Assembly (NCBI GenBank): GCA_022813865.1
Contig: JALDZX010000022.1
Span: 248,001-312,000 of the forward strand
Direction: 5' to 3'
Length of the DNA stretch: 64,000 nt
Source of the DNA: Xylographa opegraphella
Lineage: Eukaryota
Positions 36,902 through 48,012 of this stretch are shown one piece after another (the stretch's first letter is position 1; the number at the start of each line of letters is the position of its first letter). The translations under genes were made by a program, and so were the position numbers. The notes under the pieces were generated by a model. It was not told the origin of the DNA. It made no database searches and saw only the letters and a program-made list of their open reading frames with translations.

Positions 36902-38096
36902 TGACTACCTGGACCGGCTGCCACATAATCAAACATGGGAATATGGAATGAGTGTAGTAGAGTTTATAGAGATCTTATGGTACAATGTGAAGTAGATTAG
37001 GTATTAACATTATGGTTTTTTCAAGGTGCTTATAAAGCTCATCAGCATGCTTTACCGAGAGCTCTGTAGGATGAAACCCATAGGATTGTTGTGAACCAAG
37101 GTGTCACTGTTAGCATACGCATTTTTTGAAATTGATAGTGGAAACAGATCCATTTCTGCCATTCACTGCTACTCATACCAATAGTACAATTGTTCTATAC
37201 CACCATGGCCGAATGGATTCTTGGGACATGCCCACCGCACCTGCCAAGTTCCAGCCAAAGAATGAGTCCGAACAACGCTTGGAGCCTTCACTAAGCGCAC
37301 TCGAATCATCTCCTTGGCCCTTGGTTGCTAATTCCTAGTCGAGATCCTTGGATCTACATCTATGGGTGGAGCAATACATAGGTCGTAGTGACACGCTAAC
37401 GCCGAAGCTGTGGTGGACGCCCAACTTGATAATGTGCTACTTTGTTCATTTTCGCTGTTAGACCAAAGAAACATCTATTAGTGGTTGACCAAAAAGATGG
37501 GTGTGAGTACCGACGACAACTTTCGCAGCTTTCGTTTTGTTTAGTCTCCTCAACTGTACAATTTATTCTTTATAACACTGAATCTCTGCACTACGTCTTC
37601 TCCTTGTGCAAGTGGCCTGCAACTAAAAGTAGCAACTTCCTTGGTGTTTACGTGTATTGCTACATTTTTCTACTAAGCATGAGGTTGCAGACGACCAAGT
37701 CTTCTTTTCACAACTAACATAAAATTAATACGTTTGATTGCAGCGTAGCTGCTCCAAGGATGAGGGGGTCCAAATTCAACTTCGGCCGCTAGTGGGGCAG
37801 TATTTCCGCTCCGAGGTGTACTTTATTTCCTATTCAGGTTTAGCTCCAGGGGGTCTTAGCTCTCCACAACGCTGCATATTGAGCGAGAGGCCGCCTCACG
37901 CTGGATCACCTGGTACATCCAGTCGCCTGGTTGTGTGAAGACAGCTACGGCTGATATAACGGCAACGTCTGACTCGATCTTGCACTGGTTGAGCGGCCGT
38001 CGGAACGAACGGACCACTCATGCCTTTGAGCAGATCCGGAGTCCTTTATATCTGCCTTGACCGGATCGGTGACCTGCTATCGATGTTAAGAAATAC

Positions 38097-38957
38097 TCAT
38101 GACGAATACGTTCTTCGTACCTGGTTTATATTCTCCAATTCAATACTCGTGCCTATTAGAGCCGGACCGACTGTTTCCCCTTCCGCTTGCTGAGCATCCT
38201 TCATCGCCTTCATCTGCGATCGGCTTTTGATGCGATGAAGAAACCACTTGTGAAGACGGGCGGCATGGTATACTATTATCGCAAGGCTCACCAAACCTGC
38301 AAACAAGAGCCAGGCTGGATAGAAGCTGTCCCAAAATTGTTGTGCCGGCGAGCGATGGTCTGGTTCAACTGTCTTGATGCTGACCTCGTGTTCGCCTCCG
38401 TATTCTTCGCTGCTCCCTATGTCGATGTCCTGCAGGGTCGAGTCGAAAAGTCGTCATCTTCATCACGTCGATCGATACGCTTGGTAATCGGATCCTGAGC
38501 TTGAAGCGGCCCAGTCGCGACGTCGATCACGGTGTAAGGCACGCGAAGCTTCTTACATAGTTCGTCCAGTGGGTCTGAACATTTGGACTTGGTCGTGCCG
38601 ATTAACTTGAAATTATCTGGAAGTATCAAGACATCGTCCTTCGGAGCAAGTCCGTTTGTCGGATCTGTGTATGCAACATTTAGGTGGGGCTGACCATGTG
38701 GCTTTTGGTGTCCATTTCGACTTACCTGAAATTCTTGATACTTTGGCACCGCGACTATTCTCGGTACGATCGTTGTCTTGCTGCTGTGCTGAAGCGCTCT
38801 TCGTTTTCTTCCCCCTGCCTTGCTTCCGCTCCAGAGTCTCGCTGGTCGAGGCCGGGTATCTGCGTATCTCATCTGTGTTGAACTTTGAAGCAGAGTTGCC
38901 ATGACTGCTGTAAAGCTTGCTGCGCTCCTGCTCCTTCTTCGTGCTTACAGGTGCCAT
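38097..38957 (-). pseudogene. Orphan single-TM protein gene carrying an apparent frameshift (or assembly error) at 38446-38449
   Basis: Exon 1 MAPVSTKKEQ, GTAAGT donor at 38725, exon 2 DPTNGLAPKDD..RDEDDD. A shift in a T4 run continues LFDSTLQDIDIG..WDSFYPAWLLFAGLVSLAIIVYHAARLHKW. Confidence 0.5.
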
Positions 38958-40055
38958 GCTAGAACTTTAGACCGGTGAAGCTGTGAGAGTAGGGGCAAGC
39001 GGATTGCGAAGGGATTGCAAAGGTAGTAGAAGAGCTGAGAAGTTGTGGGAGTGGATGGATCCTTTGGGGATCATCTCAAGTCTATCACTCTTCGTTTGGG
39101 TTCAAATCAAGCTTAGTACATCATATTGGGTTTGTGACAAGACTTTTTGCTTGGAACTCTCGTAGTCTCTCCCAAGGTCTGCCTTCCACGGAGTCTAAAA
39201 ATTAACATGTGAAGAGGCACAGAGCGCTTGGTTACATCATGTGAGTGATGTGCAAGTAGGCTTCGTATGTACTAGCTAACACAGAGAATATGAACCTTGA
39301 TGAGTCTGGTATAAATGTATTGGGATGAAGTAAATTCGTAACACAGTCTATAGAGTAATACCACATCATTGTGACCTGGACCACTCCAGGAGTCAGATGT
39401 TCTATCCTGCAACGAATACCAGAAGATCCCCCAACCCTCGATTGCCTATTCGTGCACGATAGCAGACCAGAATGAGACCAAAACGACGCAAAATGTAAGA
39501 TGAAGGCAATCCAGCAAGCGATTTTCAGCCCGCTGCATACATGAGTTGTTAGGAGACCTGTTTCGAGCAGAACGCTAGGATATCGAAGGCCAAGTGCAAT
39601 TCTCGGCATTGCTGTCTCCCCGCCTCGGGCAGATCTTGAAGCTATTCCCAACTTTCGCAGCCTCGCTATTCCAAAATCCTTACGCTGACGTCACGATATA
39701 ATGCGTTTCGCGCCGACATCTTTCGGATTACTCGAGTTTCATATCCACTGCCCGTCATGGCTTCGCAGCGGAGAGCATTGTCGTCAATTTCTGTGTTGTG
39801 AATCACTCCCTGTTTACTTTCTTCATCACTTGCATCCAAATTCCCTTCGCTCAACAGCCATAGCGGAGCATCAACTGATACCGAGAAGCGAATCTCAACA
39901 GCATCATCGTCATTATTCAAATGGGTGAGGATTTACCCGAATAAAACCGGATCGTTAAAAACAGAGGACATCAATCGATCTTCCTGAGATCAACTAGCAG
40001 TACGATGATCATACCGAATTTGACGTCTTTCTACCTCAAGGCCTCTTGGATCAAC

Positions 40056-40517
40056 TTATACGTAATCCGGAAGTCTCTCTCTAAAAGCGTGCCGCGTATA
40101 TTCTGGGGGCGACGATTCTGATACCATAGAGACACTTTCCCCACCAAAGTGAACAGCTGGGAGTATTGAGATTGAGAGTTGCGGACTAGGGGCATGTATG
40201 GCGGCTGGTAATTCGTTGAGGGGATGCGCTGCTTCTCGTGTCTGAACTCGTCCAGGCCTCAGTCTCGAAATCGTTGTTTTCGTGGCGTTGATGATGCGCT
40301 GGAACCTTGGAGTCGTGCTTTTGTTTCTGGTGAGAGGACTTGAGTTCCGTCTGCTTCTAGATCTTCTTTTGAGCTTGTTTGCGGTCAGGAAAAAAATGAC
40401 GAGTACCAAGAAAAAAGCCGAGGATATAATGATGATAGGAGTACGCTCTGTGTTACCAGAGTCGGAAACTGGTGCTGTCTGACCAGAAGTAGCGATCAAT
40501 GGCACTGTGACAGACAT
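40056..40517 (-). CDS. Small single-pass membrane protein with C-terminal PY motifs
   Basis: MSVTVPLIAT.., TM segment PIIIISSAFFLVLVIFFLTA, basic stretch KLKRRSRSRR, ending SPPEY..LPDYV. Confidence 0.6.
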   Translation of the reverse strand: MSVTVPLIATSGQTAPVSDSGNTERTPIIIISSAFFLVLVIFFLTANKLKRRSRSRRNSSPLTRNKSTTPRFQRIINATKTTISRLRPGRVQTREAAHPLNELPAAIHAPSPQLSISILPAVHFGGESVSMVSESSPPEYTRHAFRERLPDYV

Positions 40518-41347
40518 TTCGACAATGGATTGAAATAAGTGGAATATGCGTAGTCGGGAGAGCAGAGTAATTTTGTCGTATTGAGGGAATGTGCTTGAAG
40601 TGAGAGCAAAAGGACGGAGCAGCACTGGCAGCCCAATTGTAAGAGTTTTCAATGTACAGGACATGACTACGTCAACGAACCTTTTAGGTACAACCAAGAT
40701 GGAAACTAGATTTTACGAGCAACGTAGGTACTATGGAAACATGTTCAAAACGGGCAAGAAGGTGCAACCTTTTCAATTTTGACTTCACTTTATGGCAAGG
40801 AGTGGAAACTTTGCGAAACACAAAAAGAATTTGGCCTTTTTACAGCCAGAAACTTTCAGCTTGAGCGAACTGGAAAGCAAGTAGGCATGCGACATGTATC
40901 AGTATACCTTAGTAGTACTAGTTCTGCCCGGTGAAACAGCCCTGATCGTTGGAATCCCATAGTGAAGGTTGTCAAATGCACTTTCTTACAAAGAGTTTCG
41001 TGTATGGGGATTGTTCCGAAAGTGAATCTTATGACATGTCTGATATGTATCGAGTCACTGTCATATATAGTGTATTCTACACGAAGTAAATCAAAGCCTT
41101 GTCGTTGGAAATGCCAGTCGCTTGTCGATACCCCTCCCGTCGATCATTGCTCCGGGCAACCGCTGGCTCGTGGGGTTGCGCGACAGGGGTTGGCGCTTTA
41201 TCGATTTCCGTTTCCAACAACATGAAATATAGAGTCCATTAACATCACTTTCTTCAGCAGCCCATACGCATCCACTACTTGCTACACAATCCCTTCAGTG
41301 TATACGAATTCTTCTATCACCTGCTATCTACCACTTTGCAGTCAGAT

Positions 41348-42069
41348 ATGGTGAGTTAACGCCCTTATTGTCGATGAAATTTGAATCACAACAAAACCAC
41401 CCTCCCCGCAACTCAAGACAGCAGTTCACGAACACAATGCTTTGGCATTGCTGATCAGCGTTCCAGGCATCCACAAACTATAAAGAAGCATTTGCTCTCT
41501 TCGATAAGCGCGGAAATGGACGTGTAGCTTTACAATCGCTCGGCGACCTCCTAAGGGCATGTGGTCAGAATCCCACGTTGGCGGAAATACACGATTTGGA
41601 AAAGAGCGTTGGTGGAGACTGTATGTTTCCGGAACTTTCATTGCATACTGTAGATCTCGAAGTTAATTTCTGCTTCAGTCGACTTCGAATCATTCTCCAA
41701 AGTCCTCAACAGACCGGGTGGTTTCCGCGATCCAGGCGAGCCAGAAGAATACTGCCGAGGTTTCCAAGTCTTCGACAAGGATATGACTGGCTTCATTGGT
41801 GTTGGCCAGCTCCGCTACAGTATGTCTCCGCTTGGAAGCTTGAAAGGCGTATCTGTCATGGCGGACATGCTGACCTTTGATAATAGTCCTCACAAATTTG
41901 GGCGAGAAAATGAGCGATGAGGAGGTCGATGAGCTACTCAAAGCCGTTGATACAAGCAGTGGGGAGATCAACTATACGGGTAAGATGATTCATGCCGACT
42001 TACGATAATGCTGGGCATATGCTAATGCGCACGTGTTCAGAGCTTGTTCGTACCATTCTTGCGAACTGA
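41348..42069 (+). CDS. cdc4: Myosin essential light chain (Cdc4/Mlc1, EF-hand), 5 exons
   Basis: ATG, intron 41351-41466, then [83 protein letters not shown]. Confidence 0.95.
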
Positions 42070-42438
42070 ACCCTTTCTACGACCACGGATGGCTAGCATT
42101 ATGAGAGAACTGTGTCTGTGGTCGAAAATGGCGTTAGGTCAATGCAATATGGGAATGCATAGGGCTGGGGTCAGGTCGGCTTTTATACAATGTTTCAGTT
42201 CAGAAATCCCATGCTCCCCTATTGTACGAAGCACCGTCTGAGAACAGACTTCATGTGCCGCCTTTAAACGCCTACTCAAATTTGTGCCGCTCCCAAGAGC
42301 TTTGCATGCAGTGCCGGATCTCCGTACGCCATCGCTATGTCTGATCTCGCGCAGCGGTACTCCTCACTTCGCCACAGCATCTAAGGTCTTCGCAAATCAC
42401 AAGCAGGCTTTCTTCCCTGTGTCTTGAGAGACTCATCT

Positions 42439-42915
42439 TCAATCACCTTCACGCGCCCCCTGCTTCCTCAACTCCTCGGTCTCCACCAGGCCCTCCTCCA
42501 ACAAGTAAAGCACCTCACCTTGCCTTTTATCGGCATTCCCATCGCCGAGTACATATCCTACAGCCGTCCTACACCTGCCGCACCTCCTCACCCACCGCTT
42601 TTCAAAGCCGTCCTCTCTTTCCACTATGACCGGCCGCCTATCCAGTGTTGTGTTTAGCAGTAGTGAGTACAATGGCTCTACTTCCTTTTCCACTGTAGTT
42701 TGTATATTGCTCTCGTCATTCTGAATGGAACTATCTGCAACTGTATGTGAACACGCGTCGTCGTTAACGGAGGTTTGAGAAGGGGGTTTGCCGAGGGGGA
42801 GGATGCGGGCGTGGTCGAGGCTGGGAGACTGGCGCTGGGGCAGAGTGGGGAGTGGGTAGGGTGTTACGAGAAGTAGATTCGTGCACAGACAGTGGTAAGT
42901 AGTTACTGGTGGCAT
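42439..42915 (-). CDS. STEEP1/CXorf56-like small Zn-binding protein
   Basis: TYHCLC..LPQR..D near the N-terminus and REDGFEKRWVRRCGRC..GY near the C-terminus. From memory this matches the CXorf56 pattern YYCLC..RPEGIERQYRKKCAKC. Confidence 0.7.
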   Translation of the reverse strand: MPPVTTYHCLCTNLLLVTPYPLPTLPQRQSPSLDHARILPLGKPPSQTSVNDDACSHTVADSSIQNDESNIQTTVEKEVEPLYSLLLNTTLDRRPVIVEREDGFEKRWVRRCGRCRTAVGYVLGDGNADKRQGEVLYLLEEGLVETEELRKQGAREGD

Positions 42916-43031
42916 TGTTTGACAGATCTGTGCAGTTGTCGGAAAAGATACTCGTTGGAGAGATTTTGGGCTTGCTCACGATGCAACATGGGCCATGGCA
43001 GGGTAACTAGCTGTGCCCAATTTGTAAACTA

Positions 43032-43064
43032 CGGGCCGAGACTCGGGCCGAGACTCGGGCCGAG
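43032..43064. repeat. 12-bp tandem repeat CGGGCCGAGACT x2.75 in a divergent promoter region
   Basis: cgggccgagact-cgggccgagact-cgggccgag, read directly from the sequence. Confidence 0.85.
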
Positions 43065-44801
43065 GGCCGGGGCAGAATACATTTGAGTACGATCAAAATA
43101 TCTGAGACCGAATGTGCATATCTGAGCATATGTGAGCATATTTCAGACCGATCATGAAACAGCACAAAATCAAACTTCACCTTCCTCAGTCATTCTAGCT
43201 TCCAGCACGCGTTGGCCATTCTTCGGAACCAATAACAACATCAGTTTAGCGATGCTCTTCAGCACACCCTCTACTTTGACGAGCGATCCCGCGCAAATTC
43301 TCCGACCTATATGCAGTCTCGGGAACCGACGTGCAAGGATGACTCTCCGGCGCGCAACCAGCGTGATGGTATGGCCAATCTGTAGTCTAACAGAAACATC
43401 TCCACAACCTCGGTATCTCACGCTGGGGCCAGCTATCCTGCTTGTTCATCTTGTTGCCAATTTCAAATCGAGCGTTTTGCCAAGCGTGTGCTTTTGTTGT
43501 TTGCAGCTACTGCGCAGTTTTACTGTAAATCAATGAATTATATACCCAACTCAGATCATTGATTTTAGCTTGATCGCTTTCTCCGTTGCCAGGCAGATCG
43601 ACCCCGCAATGTATCTCAGTGATTTGTCCCTCAAGGGTATTTGATTGGGTCGGCTTAGGTGACATCTGCTATGGAGCCGTCCGTTTCAGAATCCGACTGT
43701 CGCCATCACGCGGGAGCGCCATCGAGTCAACACTACTTTTATTGAGTATCGTAGGCTGTCATGAAGCTAAAGGCGGGTTGTCTTCTCCAACAGCCTTTAG
43801 ACTTGGACTGATTTGGCAATCCACAAGCATCGGGACCCCCACGTGTCGTTCGATGGGTTGCGAACGACATAGCTTCATCGACTTATCGTTGTGAGAGAAG
43901 AACCGAAATCAGGATTGGGACGAGGCTAGTGGCTGGTGGCTAGATCATTTTTCGCAGAAGCCAGCGTTGAGAACGAGGCAAAGCTATTCCGGTTATTCCC
44001 TCGCTGGGAGAGTGTGAACCGGATACCTCAGGTAAGCAGTCAGCTTCATGTAAAAAAGCGAGACTAAAATGAGCGTAGGCCGTCACATTTGGGCAGATTA
44101 CTGCATCGCAAGCAATTGGACCACAACTGTAGACAAAACAGTGTAGACAAAGTGCTTCCCTACGGTTTTTCGACAGCTTGGGAGAGAGATCCGAAGGTTG
44201 TCATGGAACTTCGATTGCTGTTGAAATGTACCAGGTACCTGCGATCACGTCACAGCCTCCCACGTCAAGATGCATGCTTAGTATATGGAGACGGCTCGCG
44301 GTATTCATGTGAGTGGAATACGCAATCTCGAATCTACTAATGTGCTACTTTGCTCCAAGTAAAGAGGGGGTTGCAAGACTTGAGATGGCACACCACCACA
44401 GGAATGTGGAGGTTTGCCATAATGCAATCCTAACTTTGAAATCCTCCGATTGGACGCAATGGACTTTTATGGATTTATTTTCCGAACACGCCGCAATCCG
44501 CCATATCAAGCACGGGACGTATCGATTGTGTTAGGTGCGTGCAACTGAGATGCTTGGTGTGATAGCTCTGCTGTCATACTGCGCGACTTAAGTATTATGA
44601 TGGCTACGATGGCCGAAGATAAGAACGTCGATGTTCCACATTGGCAATCAGGTTCAACTAAATATAAAGTGGTGTTCCAATAGTTTTACAGTTGAGATAT
44701 TCCGTACTGCCTCTCTGGCAATTCACTTATTACTCACATAACTTGTTCCATATGCTCTCTTAACCCATTTTCTGTCTTCAATCCCCGTACGAGCTCTCAC
44801 A

Positions 44802-46320
44802 ATGGCCTCGGCCCCGAATGTTCCTCCAGGTACTGTTGTTGGTACTGTTCCAGCTCCGCCTGGCATCACGCCTAACTTCATCGATCCTCCACGGGACTCG
44901 GCTCCACTCATATTGACCATAGTTTTCTTGACTCTCTCACTTATTTTTGTGTCCATGCGGATGTTCACGAGGATAGTACTTCTACGAGGATTCGGCTGGG
45001 ACGATGGTACGTTATCTCGGCCTTTCGCCCTAAAAGAGTCACTAATGATATTTCAGCAACATGCCTAATTGCTACGGTACGACATGCACATGCTCAATTT
45101 TCCCCGTAAGATCCTCAAGAAGCCTGTATCATGTCTAACGGTATCGTGACATAGATATTCGGTATTGTCTATGCAGCTAGCAACTTCGTGTGTATGGGCT
45201 TCTACACTTGACAACTGAAAGAGAATCCGTTACTGATACGGACCCAGTGGTCTCGCATGGTCTAGGAACTGACCTCTGGAACATTCCCTTCGGCGGGTTT
45301 GATCTGATAGCATGGGCAAGGGTTAATATTCCTCAATTTAGACCCTATGGTAGCTGACGTCGAGATAGTGGACTTACGTTCAGGACCTGGTCTACTCTTT
45401 GGTGATGGGGTTTATCAAGATCTCCATCCTCATGCTCTACTTCCGACTCTTCAAGGTGGTAGGTGTCGTCAAGTGGCTCATATATGGCACGATCGTCTAT
45501 ATTATCTTATACACTACTGTGGGAGACCTCATCACGATCTTTGCTTGTCGACCACTTAACAAGCTCTGGGATGGTCTACCATATGGATGGTGTATGAGTA
45601 CAGCCGCTGTCGGCCTCACTTTAGCCTCATTACAGATTACCGCGGATGTGTTCGTACTTGCCATTCCGGTACCAGTCGTTTTAGGCTTGCAGCTTCCGCT
45701 GAAGCACAAGATGGGTGTCATGAGTATATTTGGGGCTGGTATCTTGTAAGTAAACAGCCTGACATACAGACTTTCATGCTAACGCATCTACAAAGTGTAA
45801 CGATCGCCAGCTGCGTTCGTCTTGCCTGTCTTGTACAATCGCTCAACGATCCAGCTAATGCTCTCGACGCCACTACCTCAACCGTCTCTTTTGCAATCTG
45901 GACGTAAGTCAATCTTCCCTTGTTCCCTTCACATGCCATACCAACCAAAACCCCCCCAGCGTCGTCGAGATGTACCTCGCCATCATCGTCTCCTGCATGT
46001 CGACCGTCAAGCCCTTCCTCTACAAAGTCCGCCCCTGGGTTCGCGAGATCTCCACGCGCCACTCCACACAGAACTCGAAGACCAGCTACGCGCTGGAAAA
46101 GCAGGGGTTCGTGCCGCCAAGACCGTCAGGCGGCCGTTCGTTCTCGGAGACCGCGGATACCATACGTGTGGATAATAGCTTTGAGGTCGAGTGCGAGGAT
46201 GGCCTGGGCAAGCGGGAGTTTGGGGTCAGCTATCCGGATCTGAGTCGGGTCGATATACCGGGTCCCGGGTTGGAGCTGAGGAGGTCGGGGAATTGGGCGG
46301 CGGCGGCCGGGCGGGTGTAG
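44802..46320 (+). CDS. Pth11-like (fungal rhodopsin-domain) integral membrane protein, 7 exons
   Basis: PAPPGITPNFIDP, MRMFTR..GFGWDD, HGLGTDLWNI, KISILMLYFRLF, IFACRPL..W, DVFVLAIPVPVVLGLQLP and W..VEMYLAIIVSCM. Confidence 0.9.
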
Positions 46321-46814
46321 TGTCATTTGGATAGGGATTCTTTGATGGCGGCTTGGATGTGGAGGAGTCGGATACATGGGATGCGCTTGGATGAGGACTG
46401 ATGGTTTTTTGAGGTTATAGGTATGACGATATAGTAATAGAGGACGGACGATGAATACGTATTATATATTCGGGGCGTGTAAGAATTTTTGTCACGCCTG
46501 CATATAGTGTAGCTACGTACTGGAATTGAAACCCAGCTTGGAATACTACACCGGACACAAGCTAATTTCTCACACGTCTCACACGTCTAGAATGGCCTTA
46601 CTCGCTGTGTCTTGAGCACAGTAAATGACAACATCACAAGGCACAGAAAGCATACAAGCATAGAACCTTATAATGTGAAAGTGAACAAGTGTACAAGTAT
46701 ACAACCCAATAATCTCCCTGCAGCCAGTATCGGGAACCAGATACCAAACCAACCCCAACCCAGCGCCATCGCTAAGTCACCAAACACTCCTCCCAATTAA
46801 AAGGCTATTCAGAC

Positions 46815-47756
46815 TCAGACAGTGATCAGATCCGGCACCGCAGGCCCCACCCCCCTCAGCAGCACAATCGTATTCCCACTCAACAGACCCACCCCAACCT
46901 TCTCCCCAAACTCCAGCAAGCGGCCCCCCTGCACATGATACACCCTCAGCTTCTCCTTCTCGCCCCCGCCCCGATTATTCACGTTCTGCACCTGCAGCCC
47001 CTTGGCCGCCTCGTCCAGCATCCGCCCCACGCTCCACTCCTTGTTGTAGAAGAAATTCCCCGCCGGCAGCTTGGCGTCCGTCGTCGCGGCTTCGGCTTCC
47101 ACGTGCAGGTAGAGGCGCTTGTCGACGGGGATCTTCGCGTCGCCTTTCGCGCTCCGGCGAATGTCGGCCAGGGTCATCACGGTGGAGGATGTGGGCGCCT
47201 TGCGCCCAACGAGCGCGGGCCGGTCCACGCCCTTCTTCCGGTTCGCTATGAGTGTCCGGAATGTGTCCAGCGCGCCCAGGGCTTTCTGCTTCTGGATATT
47301 CACCAGCGACGCCGGCCGCGCCCCCAGCGGCGTCAGCGTCGCGCAGGCATGCTCCTCCCGCAGCCGATGCTTGAGGCAGTATTGTCGGTTGCAGGTCTGG
47401 CAGGCGACACCGACGGCCGAGAGCGTGTTTATATAAGTCTTACACTGAGGATGCGAGCACTGGGTCCCCGTCGCTGGCGTCGGCTTGCCGGCGAGGGGCG
47501 TGCCGGTTTTGGAGGTTGTTTCGACTGCTTTCCGCCTTGCGGCGGCCCATTCGCCGGCGTGGGCGCACTTGTGGGCGGTTTCTGTGCGGTGGTCCAGGCA
47601 GAAGGTGTGTTTGCAGGACTCGCACCGGAAGGGGAGGAAGTCGAGCTGGTTGCAGTAAGTGTATTGGCAGTGGGCGCCGATGGCTTCGAGGTCTTTATCC
47701 ATAGTGGTGTAGGTTTGAGGGTCGGAGGGAGGAGGGGTCGAGGATGAGGAGGCCAT
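46815..47756 (-). CDS. AN1-type zinc-finger protein with C-terminal ubiquitin-like region (Cuz1/ZFAND1-like)
   Basis: IGAHCQYTYCNQLDFLPFRCESCKHTFCLDHRTETAHKC, a second finger C..C..YCLKHRL, and WSVGRMLDEAAKGLQVQNVNN. Confidence 0.9.
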   Translation of the reverse strand: MASSSSTPPPSDPQTYTTMDKDLEAIGAHCQYTYCNQLDFLPFRCESCKHTFCLDHRTETAHKCAHAGEWAAARRKAVETTSKTGTPLAGKPTPATGTQCSHPQCKTYINTLSAVGVACQTCNRQYCLKHRLREEHACATLTPLGARPASLVNIQKQKALGALDTFRTLIANRKKGVDRPALVGRKAPTSSTVMTLADIRRSAKGDAKIPVDKRLYLHVEAEAATTDAKLPAGNFFYNKEWSVGRMLDEAAKGLQVQNVNNRGGGEKEKLRVYHVQGGRLLEFGEKVGVGLLSGNTIVLLRGVGPAVPDLITV

Positions 47757-48012
47757 TTTGAGGAAGCTTTTATGAGCGAATTTGTAGGTGAGGCTGTGTG
47801 AGTTATGGTATGAAGGGCTGCCGACAAGGCAGCTGGGTTTCGTCAGCTGGTGGCCATGTAAAGGCGTTGGTAATGAGGCTCTTGAGAAGATGCTGGAATG
47901 GCAGGGGTCGGCGGCCGCTAGCGGAACTCAAACCGCCGAAGTCCCGAGTCGTGTGGCCGAAAACGGAGGGCTTATCGATTCGTTATCAAAACCAAATTAT
48001 ATTATATGCAGG

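Noticed and set aside
46935..47747. Long antisense ORFs over GC-rich genes (also 28906-29499, 52573-53220, 60420-61121, 19092-19715)
   Set aside because: Shadow ORFs explained by high GC and skew opposite well-supported genes.
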